This document shows, piece after piece, positions 28,233 through 37,813 of a DNA stretch of 64,000 bases; position 1 is the stretch's first letter, and every line of letters begins with the position of its first letter. Both the position numbers and the translations under genes were made by a program. The DNA lies in NCBI GenBank assembly GCA_043823785.1, contig JBDRAM010000042.1, positions 1,563-65,562 on the forward strand. Reading direction: 5' to 3'. Below the pieces are notes generated by a model. The model saw only the letters and a program-made list of their open reading frames with translations. It made no database searches and was not told where the DNA came from. The DNA is from Candidatus Omnitrophota bacterium. GTDB lineage: Bacteria > Omnitrophota > Gorgyraeia > JABMRG01.

Positions 28233-29456
28233 ATGCCTAATTTTAAATATATAGTAAGAGATAAAAACGGGAAACCTGTAGAAGGTTCTTTAGAAGCACA
28301 GAACGAAGATGAGCTTGTAGGAATGCTTCAGTCCCAGGATTATACCGTAGTCTCATTTAGCAGGGTAAAGGTGGGCGAGAAGGCAGATAAAACAAAAAAG
28401 AAAAAGAGGAGGATGCACCATGGCGTTAAGATAGATGACCTGATAGTCTTATCCCGTCAGCTTTCAACGCTCTTAAATTCAGGTGTAACGCTTCTTAGGA
28501 GTTTAGAGATAATAATAATGCAGGTTGAAAGCGTTCGTCTGCATACAGCGTTGGAGGCTGTAAAGAGGGATATCTCAATAGGAAGCACTATGAAGTCAGC
28601 TGTCGCGCGCCATCCTAAGGTATTTTCAAAGCTTTGGGTTAATGTCGTAGATACTGGTGAGACAACAGGACAGCTCCCGTTTGCGTTAGAGCAGCTTACC
28701 TCATACATGGAATCGACAGCTGAATTTAGCCGAAAGATCTTAAACGCGATAGTTTATCCGTCTATAATATTGTGTGTTACTTTTATAGCTATTGGAGTGT
28801 TTGTTTTTTTTATAATACCTATGTTTGAGGAGATATACGCGGGTTTTGACGCTACCCTGCCAGCATTTACCCAGTTTGTATTTTTTATATGCCGGAACTT
28901 AAGAAAGTATTCTCTGATTTTTGTTGGTTTGGGCGCGGCACTATTTTTTGGATTACGCTATTACGGCAGCATATACGAGGGTAGAAAGAATATAGACAGG
29001 TTTAAGCTGAATATATTTATTTTTGGCGATCTCATAAGAGAACTTGCGGCAGCAAGATTCGCGAACGCGCTGAATATGCTTCTTAAAAGCGGTACTCCTA
29101 TATTACAGGCACTTGATATAGTTATAGAGACATCGGGTAATGTGATAATAATGGAGATGCTTCAGAGGGTTAAGCAGAATGTGCGGGAAGGAAAGAGCAT
29201 GGCAGAGCCGCTTATAGAGGAAGGTATTCTGCCTGATATGCTGGCCCATATGGTGGCGATAGGGGAGGAGTCAGGTGAGCTTGCTAATATGCTTGATAAT
29301 GCCGCTGCCTTTTACAGCCAGAGGGTCGAGACTGTTGTCCAGAGATTGACTACATTGTTTGAGCCTTTTCTTATAATATTCGTCGGTATCATAGTAGGTA
29401 CTCTGGTAATAGCAATGTTTCTTCCTATCTTTGGGCTTGCTTCGGCAATAAAATAA
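28233..29456 (+). CDS. pilC: Type IV pilus platform protein PilC (GspF family)
   Basis: Two GspF repeats and three TM segments. 407 aa. Confidence 0.85.
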   Translation: MPNFKYIVRDKNGKPVEGSLEAQNEDELVGMLQSQDYTVVSFSRVKVGEKADKTKKKKRRMHHGVKIDDLIVLSRQLSTLLNSGVTLLRSLEIIIMQVESVRLHTALEAVKRDISIGSTMKSAVARHPKVFSKLWVNVVDTGETTGQLPFALEQLTSYMESTAEFSRKILNAIVYPSIILCVTFIAIGVFVFFIIPMFEEIYAGFDATLPAFTQFVFFICRNLRKYSLIFVGLGAALFFGLRYYGSIYEGRKNIDRFKLNIFIFGDLIRELAAARFANALNMLLKSGTPILQALDIVIETSGNVIIMEMLQRVKQNVREGKSMAEPLIEEGILPDMLAHMVAIGEESGELANMLDNAAAFYSQRVETVVQRLTTLFEPFLIIFVGIIVGTLVIAMFLPIFGLASAIK

Positions 29457-29517
29457 AAAATAAGTAAAAGACCGCTTGAGGTTGCAGAAATATTCATAAA
29501 AACCACTCCAGCAACCT

Positions 29518-29615
29518 CTGATTACTGAGATTATTGAAGATTACTAAGATTTTATCAACGATAATGAATCTCTGTAATCTAAGTTAATCTCTGCAATCAA
29601 GAGATTGCTCTATGT
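29518..29615. repeat. Diverged family C relative between pilC and pilA
   Basis: ctgattactgagattattgaagattactaag...aatctctgtaatctaagttaatctctgcaatcaagagattgc. Shares the core ctgattac...gattac...aatctctgtaatctaa. Confidence 0.55.
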
Positions 29616-29650
29616 TTTTAAGGTTTTTTCAGCAATTTCCACTTTTGGGC

Positions 29651-29679
29651 TTGACATGCTTTAACATCTAATGTATATT
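29651..29679 (+). promoter_or_regulatory. Sigma70-type promoter for pilA (TTGACA-17 nt-TATATT)
   Basis: ttgacatgctttaacatctaatgtatatt lies about 45 nt upstream of the GGAGGGAGGGGAGG RBS and the pilA ATG. Confidence 0.55.
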
Positions 29680-29726
29680 TATATGGTAAGGTAATATAAA
29701 ATAAACAGGAGGGAGGGGAGGAAGAG

Positions 29727-30104
29727 ATGAAAAAAGGTTTTACATTAATCGAAGTATTAATAGTTGTTATTATTTTAGGTATTTTAGCTACTATAGCGGT
29801 GCCCCAATTTACCAGAGTTGTTGAAAGGGCAAGGAGAGGCGAGGCCTTAACATGCATGGCCGGTATTCAGACAGGCCAGAGAATATACTCACTTGACATG
29901 AGTATATTTACAAACAATATAGCTGAGCTAGATGCCGTGATAGCAAATAATAAGTACTGGGCATATAATATGGCAGGCGCTAATGCCACAGCTTTTAACA
30001 TAAGAGCTACGAGGAGTGGTTCAGCATGGGTTGGCCAGACAATATTGCTTAATCAGAACGGCTTGTGGGCTGGTACATATGAGTTTGTTCCATCAAATAA
30101 CTAA
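29727..30104 (+). CDS. pilA: Major type IV pilin (prepilin N-terminal methylation domain)
   Basis: MKKGFTLIEVLIVVIILGILATIAVPQF is a class III signal with G-1/F+1/E+5. 125 aa. Own promoter and terminator. Confidence 0.88.
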   Translation: MKKGFTLIEVLIVVIILGILATIAVPQFTRVVERARRGEALTCMAGIQTGQRIYSLDMSIFTNNIAELDAVIANNKYWAYNMAGANATAFNIRATRSGSAWVGQTILLNQNGLWAGTYEFVPSNN

Positions 30105-30142
30105 AGATTAGCGCAAGGTTTTGTTTTTTTTAAATAAAAAAG

Positions 30143-30171
30143 GCATGTTATTTAAAAGACATGCTTTTTTT
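30143..30171 (+). terminator. Rho-independent terminator after pilA
   Basis: gcatgt...acatgc stem followed by a T7 run. Confidence 0.6.
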
Positions 30172-30184
30172 ATGTCCGTAATTC

Positions 30185-32254
30185 ATGAGCCATTATTTTA
30201 TGAATGATAAAAAAATAGCACTGCAATATCACATTCCGGCCTTTTTTTTGTTTTTAATCTTCTTTCTTTCTTCTCTTACAGAGGTTGTCAGTTTTGATTT
30301 CTGGCTGCATCTTAAGGCCGGTGAATGGATAATCAGCAATCTAAATATCCCAAGGCAGCAGCTTTTCTCATATGCGATCGGGCCCGCAGCCTGGATCGAC
30401 CATAGCTGGTTATTCCAGGCAATAATATTTTTAATATATAAATACGGCGGTGGGATAAATTCCCTCATAATACTACGCGGTATTATGCTTGTATTGCCTA
30501 TGTATCTTGCTTTTAAAAGTATCGCAAGAAAGGTATCTATTTATTGGCTGATCCCTGTAGCGGCGCTATGTTTTCACCAGGTGATAAAGAGGCCTCTCCT
30601 AAGGCCTGAACTCTTTAGTATGTTTTTTCTTGGAGCGTACCTTTATCTGTTGATCAGGCGCTCCGAGAGCAGGAAGATATATCTTATTATACCCTTGCAG
30701 ATACTTTGGGTAAATATGCACGGCTATTCTATTATAGGCCCGGGCTTAATGGGCATTTTTCTTCTATCAGAGCTTATTAAAGCAAAAGTGCGATTGCCTT
30801 TTGAATGGAATCAGGCAAAACGCGTAAAAAGTGATGAGAATTTCAAGCGTCTTGTTTCTGTATTTCTGTTGTCTATAGCTGTATTTATATTTAATCCCTA
30901 CTTGCTGAAAGGAGTCTTATATCCACTATATGCTGTGAAGGAAATTTTTATCTGGCCCCGCACAGCTTATCATACAGTACAGGAACTATTGCCCTTTTCT
31001 ATATATAATATAGTATATAGGCAAGACCACCTTACGATATCAGCGATTATATTTCTATTTTTTCTTGCTCTTATAACACATATAAAGAAGTTTGATATAT
31101 TCAATCTATTTATATTCCTCTCTTTCGGTTCCTTAGCTTTGTTTGCAAACAGAAACATAGGCATGTTTGGTATAGTGTCTGCTTTTAGTATATTGAATAC
31201 CTTAAATACTAAAGGCAACTATACTAGTTTATCTACTATTTTCCAGCATTCAAAGCATATCAGACATTTCTTGAGGGCTTTCGGCCTTATCCTTATTTTT
31301 GCGCTTGTCGTAATATATCTTTTTCCTATACATCTGTTATATGGAAAGTATTATGTGTATGGCTTATCTAATGTTTTGAAAAAGAGGGCGTTTGGAGTCT
31401 GTAAAATCAGCACACCTGAAGGCGCGTCTAATTTTATAACAGAAAATAATATAAAAGGCCCTATCTTTAACAATTTTAATATGGGCGCTTATCTCGCATG
31501 GAAGCTTTATCCGGAGCATAAGATCTTTATTGACGGACGGACTGAAGTGTATGGAAAAGATTTCTTGAAAGATTATTACGATGCTCTGACCGACTTTGAT
31601 AAGTGGCTTGTGCTGGATGATAAATATTCTTTTAACGTAGTTGTGCTTAATCATTATTACTCTGATAGCTGCTACGGCCTTATTTACAATTTATATAAGC
31701 ATAAAGACTGGAGCCTTGTCTATTTTGACCGCGGCTCATTCATATTTTTAAAGTATAATGAAGATAACCAAAAATTGATAAAGAAATATCAGATAGACTT
31801 AGAGGATTTCAAGGATATGGCGACTATGGAGAGTGTCTTGGCCGCAAAAGCTAAAAAGGCCTACCCTTACGATTATCTTTTAAGCGCGCGTTTTTTTATA
31901 AAGGCTATGGATATGCCTTCTGTGGCATTGGCTGAGCTGAATAAAGTCGAGATAATAGACCCGGGGCTTTATGAGCTGTATCAGCTTAAAGGTTATGCTT
32001 ATTTTGAAAAAGGCGATTATGATAATGCTTACAAAGCATTTTACAGATCAGCACTCATCAGGCCTGATATACCAGAACCATATGTTAATCTTGGCTATAC
32101 ATGCGGAAAGCTGGGGTTGCTTGATGAGTCAATCGTATTTTACAAGGAGGCCCTTTCCATAGAGCCGCGAGATAAAAGGGTGAGAGAGTCTGTAAGGCTT
32201 CTTGAAGAAGCAAAAGCCAATGAGAGATCCGGCACTCAGGACGTAAACAGCTAA
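30185..32254 (+). CDS. Large polytopic membrane protein with C-terminal TPR repeats (GT-C-like; candidate pilin/protein glycosyl- or oligosaccharyl-transferase)
   Basis: More than 10 TM segments with an FDFWLHLKAGEWI N-terminal motif, then TPR units (LKGYAYFEKGDYDNAYKAFYRSALIRPD...). Sits immediately downstream of pilA. Confidence 0.45.
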   Translation: MSHYFMNDKKIALQYHIPAFFLFLIFFLSSLTEVVSFDFWLHLKAGEWIISNLNIPRQQLFSYAIGPAAWIDHSWLFQAIIFLIYKYGGGINSLIILRGIMLVLPMYLAFKSIARKVSIYWLIPVAALCFHQVIKRPLLRPELFSMFFLGAYLYLLIRRSESRKIYLIIPLQILWVNMHGYSIIGPGLMGIFLLSELIKAKVRLPFEWNQAKRVKSDENFKRLVSVFLLSIAVFIFNPYLLKGVLYPLYAVKEIFIWPRTAYHTVQELLPFSIYNIVYRQDHLTISAIIFLFFLALITHIKKFDIFNLFIFLSFGSLALFANRNIGMFGIVSAFSILNTLNTKGNYTSLSTIFQHSKHIRHFLRAFGLILIFALVVIYLFPIHLLYGKYYVYGLSNVLKKRAFGVCKISTPEGASNFITENNIKGPIFNNFNMGAYLAWKLYPEHKIFIDGRTEVYGKDFLKDYYDALTDFDKWLVLDDKYSFNVVVLNHYYSDSCYGLIYNLYKHKDWSLVYFDRGSFIFLKYNEDNQKLIKKYQIDLEDFKDMATMESVLAAKAKKAYPYDYLLSARFFIKAMDMPSVALAELNKVEIIDPGLYELYQLKGYAYFEKGDYDNAYKAFYRSALIRPDIPEPYVNLGYTCGKLGLLDESIVFYKEALSIEPRDKRVRESVRLLEEAKANERSGTQDVNS

Positions 32255-33807
32255 ATTTTAAGCATACCCATTAGAAATATGTAGAAACCAAGCAAGGCAA
32301 ATGCAAAGCAACTGCTTAAAAGAGGTTTAGGGGCTGATTGTGTCGGCAGGCCCTTATCTTTTTTATTTGCCATTATATATATTTTGTAATCTTTTTCACT
32401 CTCTATTTTTATTGTATTAAAATAATATTTTGCCTTATCGTATATAATATTAAATTCATCTTTAGGTTTATCGATAATCAGCAAAAGCGCGGCATCGGTT
32501 ATATTTATAGAGTAATTTTTTTTGCCTACTTCGAGCAGTGCATTAGAAAGAGACGGCCTTGTGGTCAATGACCAGAGCATTGCTGATAAATAGCGGTTGT
32601 TTGACCATATAAACTCACCCTTTTTAGAATTATCTCTTACGTCTTCCGCCAATATATTGAATAATTTCTCGTCGAATACGCCTCTTGATAGAGCGTATTC
32701 CTCATCTTTCTCCTTTCCCTCAAACATAGAAGTAGGCAGTGAGCCGGATAACTTAGCATGAAAGCCATTTTTATCTGCATATATGCAGGGTGAGAAAAAT
32801 ATCAGATAGAGAAGCAGTGTAATAAGAAAAAAGCCGGCGTATTTTTTAGTGGTTTCTGTTTTAAGCAACAACTCATTTGTCCATGAGTAGATTCTTTCAA
32901 GGCCAATGCCCGCGAAGACCAGAAGCCCTGTCATGCCCTGAGCGCACCAAAAGCGGAAAGGATAAAAGATGCTCATAGGCACCAGAGATATAAGGAGCAT
33001 CAGGGGGACTTTGAACTTTTTTATTTTTACCAGGGCTATGGATAATCCTATAGTGAATAATATGGTTAAAACAGGATAAATCCTGACAGGCATCTTCGCG
33101 GTATTGTGAAAAGATACACTTGATATATTAAGCGCGATATGCAGAAGCCATGGCAAGCCTATCAGTAAAGACAGAGATAATATTATTAAAAATCTCCTTG
33201 TTTTTAAAAGGCCGAGGATCCTTGCTGCTATAATAAGGAATATAGATATCACCGCAATTCCTGTATGTGTATAAATGAGAAGGCCTAATATTAAGGCAGC
33301 TGATACTATTCGATTCCTTGATACCTGATATATCGCGGCTAGTAAAAATATCATTCCTAAGGTGGCGGCTGGGGTGAAAGAGGCACTGATTATAAATATA
33401 GAAGAGGAAAGCCCCAGGTATATTGTGAAAAACATAGTTCTTTTAGATAAAAAACTTTTAAATGTAAACCACATTGTAAATAATAGCAACGTAGGCATTA
33501 AGCAGCTTAGGAGCCTTAGTATATTAATACCGTCAAATCCTATTTTAAGGAATGCAAGTATAAGGATATGAATAACCGGAGGGTATAGATGTGCCGCGCC
33601 GAAAGGGCCATATTCCCAGAAGTTATGCCCAACTACGCCGTTAGCAGTTTCAAAGCCCTTTGCAACTGCCAGGTGGTAATACATGTCAAGGAAAAAAGGT
33701 AACTGCTGCCATTGCATGAGTAAGGCTAACAGGCAGAGGAATATGGAACTCAAGCTTAAGATATCCCAGATTTTGGCATTTGGGCTATATGATTTAATAG
33801 AACTCAT
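32251..33807 (-). CDS. Polytopic membrane protein with periplasmic C-terminal domain, uncharacterised
   Basis: 518 aa, about 12 TM segments, convergent with the previous gene. The only long minus-strand CDS in the window. Confidence 0.5.
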   Translation of the reverse strand: MSSIKSYSPNAKIWDILSLSSIFLCLLALLMQWQQLPFFLDMYYHLAVAKGFETANGVVGHNFWEYGPFGAAHLYPPVIHILILAFLKIGFDGINILRLLSCLMPTLLLFTMWFTFKSFLSKRTMFFTIYLGLSSSIFIISASFTPAATLGMIFLLAAIYQVSRNRIVSAALILGLLIYTHTGIAVISIFLIIAARILGLLKTRRFLIILSLSLLIGLPWLLHIALNISSVSFHNTAKMPVRIYPVLTILFTIGLSIALVKIKKFKVPLMLLISLVPMSIFYPFRFWCAQGMTGLLVFAGIGLERIYSWTNELLLKTETTKKYAGFFLITLLLYLIFFSPCIYADKNGFHAKLSGSLPTSMFEGKEKDEEYALSRGVFDEKLFNILAEDVRDNSKKGEFIWSNNRYLSAMLWSLTTRPSLSNALLEVGKKNYSINITDAALLLIIDKPKDEFNIIYDKAKYYFNTIKIESEKDYKIYIMANKKDKGLPTQSAPKPLLSSCFAFALLGFYIFLMGMLKI

Positions 33808-34095
33808 AGTAGATTTATTATAAGATATATCTGCTTATGGCGCAATATTATAAAAATATATAGCGGCATATTTTATATAATACGTAAAGCAAGCAAAGCA
33901 GGCCAAAATGGCGTAATGGGTGAGTTACGGTGGGGCGTAGAGGAGGCCCCTCTGTCGCGAAATATGGTAATATATTAGCCGTTCGCTTGGCTTCATTTGC
34001 TTCCTAAAAAATCTCTTCCATCCTACCTTTGTAAAAAACCAGAAAAAATAAAAAAAGACTGGCGTCCTCTTACGTTTTATGGTATAAAATAATCT

Positions 34096-34977
34096 ATGGG
34101 GAAAACATGGACTATCCGGGGACGTGAAATTACCGATAGTGATATTCTTCTCATCCGGGAAGAAATAGAAAAGTATTTTCATAAAGGCCGCAAATATATA
34201 TCCCGCCAAATATGCCACCGATGGAAGTGGTACCAGCCCAATGGACAAACCAAGGATATGGCATGCAGGTACATACTGCTTTTTTTGGAAAAGAAAAACC
34301 TCATCAAACTGCCTCCGGGGCTTCATTCTGGTAACAACAAAAAGAGAGTAACCGAAAGAATAGAATTAGCTGAGTCCGCTCTTGCGGGGAGAGTCAAGGA
34401 TCATGCTTCGGTTAAGCTTAGATTGCTCACCTGCGCAGAAGAATATAAGCTCTGGAACAGAATAGTCCATAGTTATCATTATCAGGGCCATCAAATCATA
34501 GTTGGGAAGTCTCTGAAATATATAGCCTATATCAATGATACACCTATAGCCTGCTTAGGCTGGGGGTCTGCTGCATGGAGTATAGCGCCGCGTGATAGAT
34601 GGATAGGCTGGAGGAAAGAGATAAAAGATAAAAATTTGGGCGGGATAGTAAATAACATCCGATTTTTGATCCTGCCATGGGTAAAGATTAAATATCTGGC
34701 AAGCCATGTTTTAGGATTAAGCGCAAAGGAAGTCCCCCGGGCCTGGTTAAGCCGATATGGAGAACGGGTTTATCTACTTGAGACATTTGTAGAAAAAGAA
34801 CGATTCAAAGGGACCTGCTATAAAGCTGCCAACTGGATTTACTTAGGCAGTACAAAAGGAAGCGCTAAACGAGGAAGCTCTCATCGCTATCATGGAAATA
34901 TAAAGGATATATATGCCTACCCCCTTTGTAAAGAGTTTAGAGACTATCTCACCAGAGATAATAACAAAGAAGCCTAA
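34096..34977 (+). CDS. Uncharacterised 293-aa protein encoded inside the IS (accessory/passenger ORF; not an IS66 TnpB)
   Basis: Basic, Trp-rich (HRWKWYQ, WGSAAWSIAPRDRWIGW). Lies between the left inverted repeat and the transposase. Confidence 0.5.
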   Translation: MGKTWTIRGREITDSDILLIREEIEKYFHKGRKYISRQICHRWKWYQPNGQTKDMACRYILLFLEKKNLIKLPPGLHSGNNKKRVTERIELAESALAGRVKDHASVKLRLLTCAEEYKLWNRIVHSYHYQGHQIIVGKSLKYIAYINDTPIACLGWGSAAWSIAPRDRWIGWRKEIKDKNLGGIVNNIRFLILPWVKIKYLASHVLGLSAKEVPRAWLSRYGERVYLLETFVEKERFKGTCYKAANWIYLGSTKGSAKRGSSHRYHGNIKDIYAYPLCKEFRDYLTRDNNKEA

Positions 34978-36331
34978 GAACAGGAGAGTTATAACCTGTA
35001 GAAAAGCAAGGCGCTGCATGCCTCTTGCTAATCTTAAGGAAGAAAATGCAACCTTAACTGAACATGTAAAGGAGCTGGAGCGCCAGATAAAGGATTTAAG
35101 GCGCAGCCTATACGGGAAGAGGAAGAAGAAAACTTCAATCAAACGAGAACCTAAGAAAAAAGGCGCGCCCTTTGGCCATAAAGGGGTGACCCGCCCTAAG
35201 CCTCAAGCTATAGATGAGGAGATAGAGGTTAGGCCTCATGCCTGTCCATGCTGCGGGAATGAGGAACTAATCCTTACTGGAATAGAACCGGAAGAGCACA
35301 TTCAAGAAGACATAGTGCTGCCAAAAAGAAAAGTAACCAAATACGTAAAGCCTGTCTTTAAGTGTGGTAAGTGTAATAGGCTTGTGCGTGGCGGCCTGGG
35401 AGAGGGTGAAATACCCAATGCCTATATTGGCCCTCAAGCGAAAGCCTTTGCAAATTATCTCCGATATAGTATAGGCATCCCCCAGCATAAGATAAAGAAG
35501 ATATTTCAAGAGATGTTTGACCTGCCATTTGACCAGACATCAGTGCCAGGATTTGAAAATCAACTAACCAGACGCGCTCAACCCATATATGATGAGATGA
35601 GATCCGCACTTCTTCTTATGAAACTACTCTATATAGATGAGACAGGCTGGAAAAAAGACGGCATCTTATACTGGTTATGGTGCTATTCCAACAAGATTCT
35701 TGTATTCTATCATATAGATAAAAGCCGCGGGGGTAAGGTTGTTACGGCAATCCTGGGTGAAAAATTCAACGGGATGATTATCAGTGATTTTTTAAGGGCA
35801 TATGCCCCCATAAAAAGTTTAAAGCAGAAATGCATCCCTCATGTGTTAAGAATGATTGAGAGATATTATAGGGACCAGAGAGATATAAGAGAATTCTGCG
35901 AAGAGTTAAAAGGGCTCATGAAGCGGGTTATATATTTGTTTAAACACAGAACAAATATAAAGGATTATCTCATTAGGCGGGCAAGCCTTATAGTAGAAAT
36001 AAAGAATCTCTTATCGCGGGAGGTAGCCCACCAAAGAACCGATGAATGGAGAAATAGATTATTGGTACATCAAGAGGAGTTATACGAATGTCTATTCCAT
36101 CCCAAGAGTGACTTTAATAACAACTTTGTAGAAAGGATGCTGAGGCCAAGTGTCATAATGCGTAAAATAACCTTCGGAAACCGAAGCGAGAGAGGAATCA
36201 AAAATCACTCTGTAATTATGTCTTTATTGCAGACAGCGAGACTTCACAATCACCATCCCGCGGAAATCTTCTACCAAATATTCACAAAACCTGATGATGT
36301 GCGTCTTGCCAATTTAATAAGAGCGCCCTGA
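34913..36331 (+). CDS. IS66-family transposase (TnpC-like)
   Basis: N-terminal leucine zipper, zinc finger CPCCGN...CGKCN, DDE motif LYIDETGWK and C-terminal NNNFVERMLRP...RKITFGNRSERG, which is IS66-typical. The likely real start is ATG 35018. Confidence 0.8.
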   Translation: MPTPFVKSLETISPEIITKKPKNRRVITCRKARRCMPLANLKEENATLTEHVKELERQIKDLRRSLYGKRKKKTSIKREPKKKGAPFGHKGVTRPKPQAIDEEIEVRPHACPCCGNEELILTGIEPEEHIQEDIVLPKRKVTKYVKPVFKCGKCNRLVRGGLGEGEIPNAYIGPQAKAFANYLRYSIGIPQHKIKKIFQEMFDLPFDQTSVPGFENQLTRRAQPIYDEMRSALLLMKLLYIDETGWKKDGILYWLWCYSNKILVFYHIDKSRGGKVVTAILGEKFNGMIISDFLRAYAPIKSLKQKCIPHVLRMIERYYRDQRDIREFCEELKGLMKRVIYLFKHRTNIKDYLIRRASLIVEIKNLLSREVAHQRTDEWRNRLLVHQEELYECLFHPKSDFNNNFVERMLRPSVIMRKITFGNRSERGIKNHSVIMSLLQTARLHNHHPAEIFYQIFTKPDDVRLANLIRAP

Positions 36332-36560
36332 TCATTAAGGCAATAATATGATTTTGAGAAACCAAAGCCGTTGGAAATTAATTCAGCAGGGAGGATGAGA
36401 TTTTGTCTCGTAAAAACTGGAGGCTGCCCGAACGGCTAATATATTACCTTTTTTATATTGCATAGGCAGTCCTTAGGAAGCTAAAATAGGGGTTTTTGGG
36501 AAATTCCCACTTGACAAATATCCCACTATAGTGTATACTTATTATGGAGGCGAGAAGATA

Positions 36561-36890
36561 ATGGATTTTTCTAAAGACGACGCTATAAACATTAATGAGA
36601 AGTTTTTACCAATAGAAACAAAAAGTATTGATTTTAAGAATCGCATTAACCTTGGAACAAAGATTATCAAGCTGATTTCGCGCATTTTCAACAGGGCAGA
36701 CGCTTACCAGGTTTTTATTGGTAAAGAAGGAGATATCTTATTAAGGCCTGTGGTGAGCATACCAAGCAGAGAAGCCTGGGTCTACAAGAACCCTAAAGTA
36801 ATAAAGCAGATAAGGCAAGGGCTTGATGAGGCGGCTAAAGGTGAACTTGAGAAGATAGATAATATAGATGAGTTTTTGAAGGATCTATGA
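36561..36890 (+). CDS. Putative antitoxin of a type II TA pair
   Basis: 109 aa from the ATG at 36561 after a GGAGG. Stop overlaps the toxin start by 4 nt (ATGA). Confidence 0.45.
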   Translation: MDFSKDDAININEKFLPIETKSIDFKNRINLGTKIIKLISRIFNRADAYQVFIGKEGDILLRPVVSIPSREAWVYKNPKVIKQIRQGLDEAAKGELEKIDNIDEFLKDL

Positions 36891-37183
36891 AGTTTATACT
36901 CAATTTTACACCAACAGCTAAGGAAGCCCAGAGACAACTAAAACAAAACTCGTTTCTAAGCAAAAGATATAAAGCAGTTGTCAAGGCTCTCAAGTTCCTG
37001 CAGGAAAATCCAAAACATCAGAGCTTGCAGACCCATCAGTATTACTCATTAAAAGGCCCCAAGGCTGAAAAAATCTTTGAGGCATATGCAGAGCAGAATA
37101 CACCCGCGGCGTATAGGATATTTTTTTATTACGGCCCAAGAAAAAGAGAAATAACTGTTTTCGCAATCACACCCCACCCATAA
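36887..37183 (+). CDS. RelE/ParE-superfamily toxin
   Basis: 98 aa. C-terminal AYRIFFYYGPRKREITVFAITPH matches the RelE/ParE beta-sheet core. Confidence 0.55.
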   Translation: MKFILNFTPTAKEAQRQLKQNSFLSKRYKAVVKALKFLQENPKHQSLQTHQYYSLKGPKAEKIFEAYAEQNTPAAYRIFFYYGPRKREITVFAITPHP

Positions 37184-37533
37184 TCGATTTCCTAGAAGCT
37201 CCCATTTTTAAAGCCATCTTTGCCAGCGCATAGCAGGTGAGCTTTGGGGTAACCTTCGCAAAAACGCAAAAAATTCCCCGGCGAGTAATTTCCCGCTATT
37301 ATGTTTATCAGGGCGGGGAACCTTCTTGTGTCAAGCTCTAGTTCGGCGGTTTTTTGCTCCGCATTGGCGCTCGCTCTTCCGCCTTTGGCGGAAACCATGC
37401 CCGCTCGCACCAATAAGGTTTTGCTCCGGTTACCCCAAAGCTCTATATGCGAATGAGTATTGTATAGTGCAAACTGTGAGAAATATGGGGACAGCGCCTG
37501 CCGGTTTAGTTGGTACTGTTTTCTTACAGGTGT

Positions 37534-37654
37534 TGCTGAATTAGATGTTTTTACAGGGACAGTCCCACCCATGCAACTACTTGGCTCGTTGGGACAGTCC
37601 CTGCGCTGTTTTCATTAGTTATGCTGAATTATGTGGTTTTATTTGGATAGTCCC
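37534..37654. repeat. Two about 33-bp direct repeats carrying three GGGACAGTCCC-type palindromes in the non-coding region upstream of pckG
   Basis: tgctgaattaGATGtttttacagggacagtccc at 37534-37566. tgctgaattaTGTGgttttatttggatagtccc at 37623-37654. Extra gggacagtccc at 37591-37601. Confidence 0.6.
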
Positions 37655-37813
37655 TCGCCACCGTTATTTTCTCTTGCACAAGCAGCCCATTTATGGTATA
37701 AAGAAGCATAAAAAACCACTGAAAATCGCAAAAAGTCATCGCCGAAGGTGATTTTCTTGTTGTATTATATATTCCCTATATATAATAAATCTACACGAGA
37801 GGAAGTATTTATC

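Larger units (their letters stand above)
33966..36450 (+). mobile_element. IS66-family insertion sequence, about 2.5 kb, with 20-bp terminal inverted repeats
   Basis: Left inverted repeat GGTAATATATTAGCCGTTCG at 33966-33985. Exact reverse complement CGAACGGCTAATATATTACC at 36431-36450. The element encloses a 293-aa ORF and an IS66-type transposase. Confidence 0.75.

Noticed and set aside
29641-29660. Possible sigma54 (-24/-12) promoter upstream of pilA (tgggcttgacatgct)
   Set aside because: GG-to-GC spacing is 10-11 nt, not the required 12. A clean sigma70 TTGACA-17-TATATT fits better.
33925-34326. 133-aa minus-strand ORF spanning the IS left end
   Set aside because: It crosses the inverted-repeat boundary and overlaps the plus-strand 293-aa ORF. 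No motifs.
37192-37572. 126-aa minus-strand ORF and 72-aa plus-strand ORF in the GC-rich island
   Set aside because: Composition is non-protein-like (Arg/Ala/Gly-rich from GC content) and there are no motifs. The ORFs overlap the palindrome/direct-repeat array and are probably non-coding.
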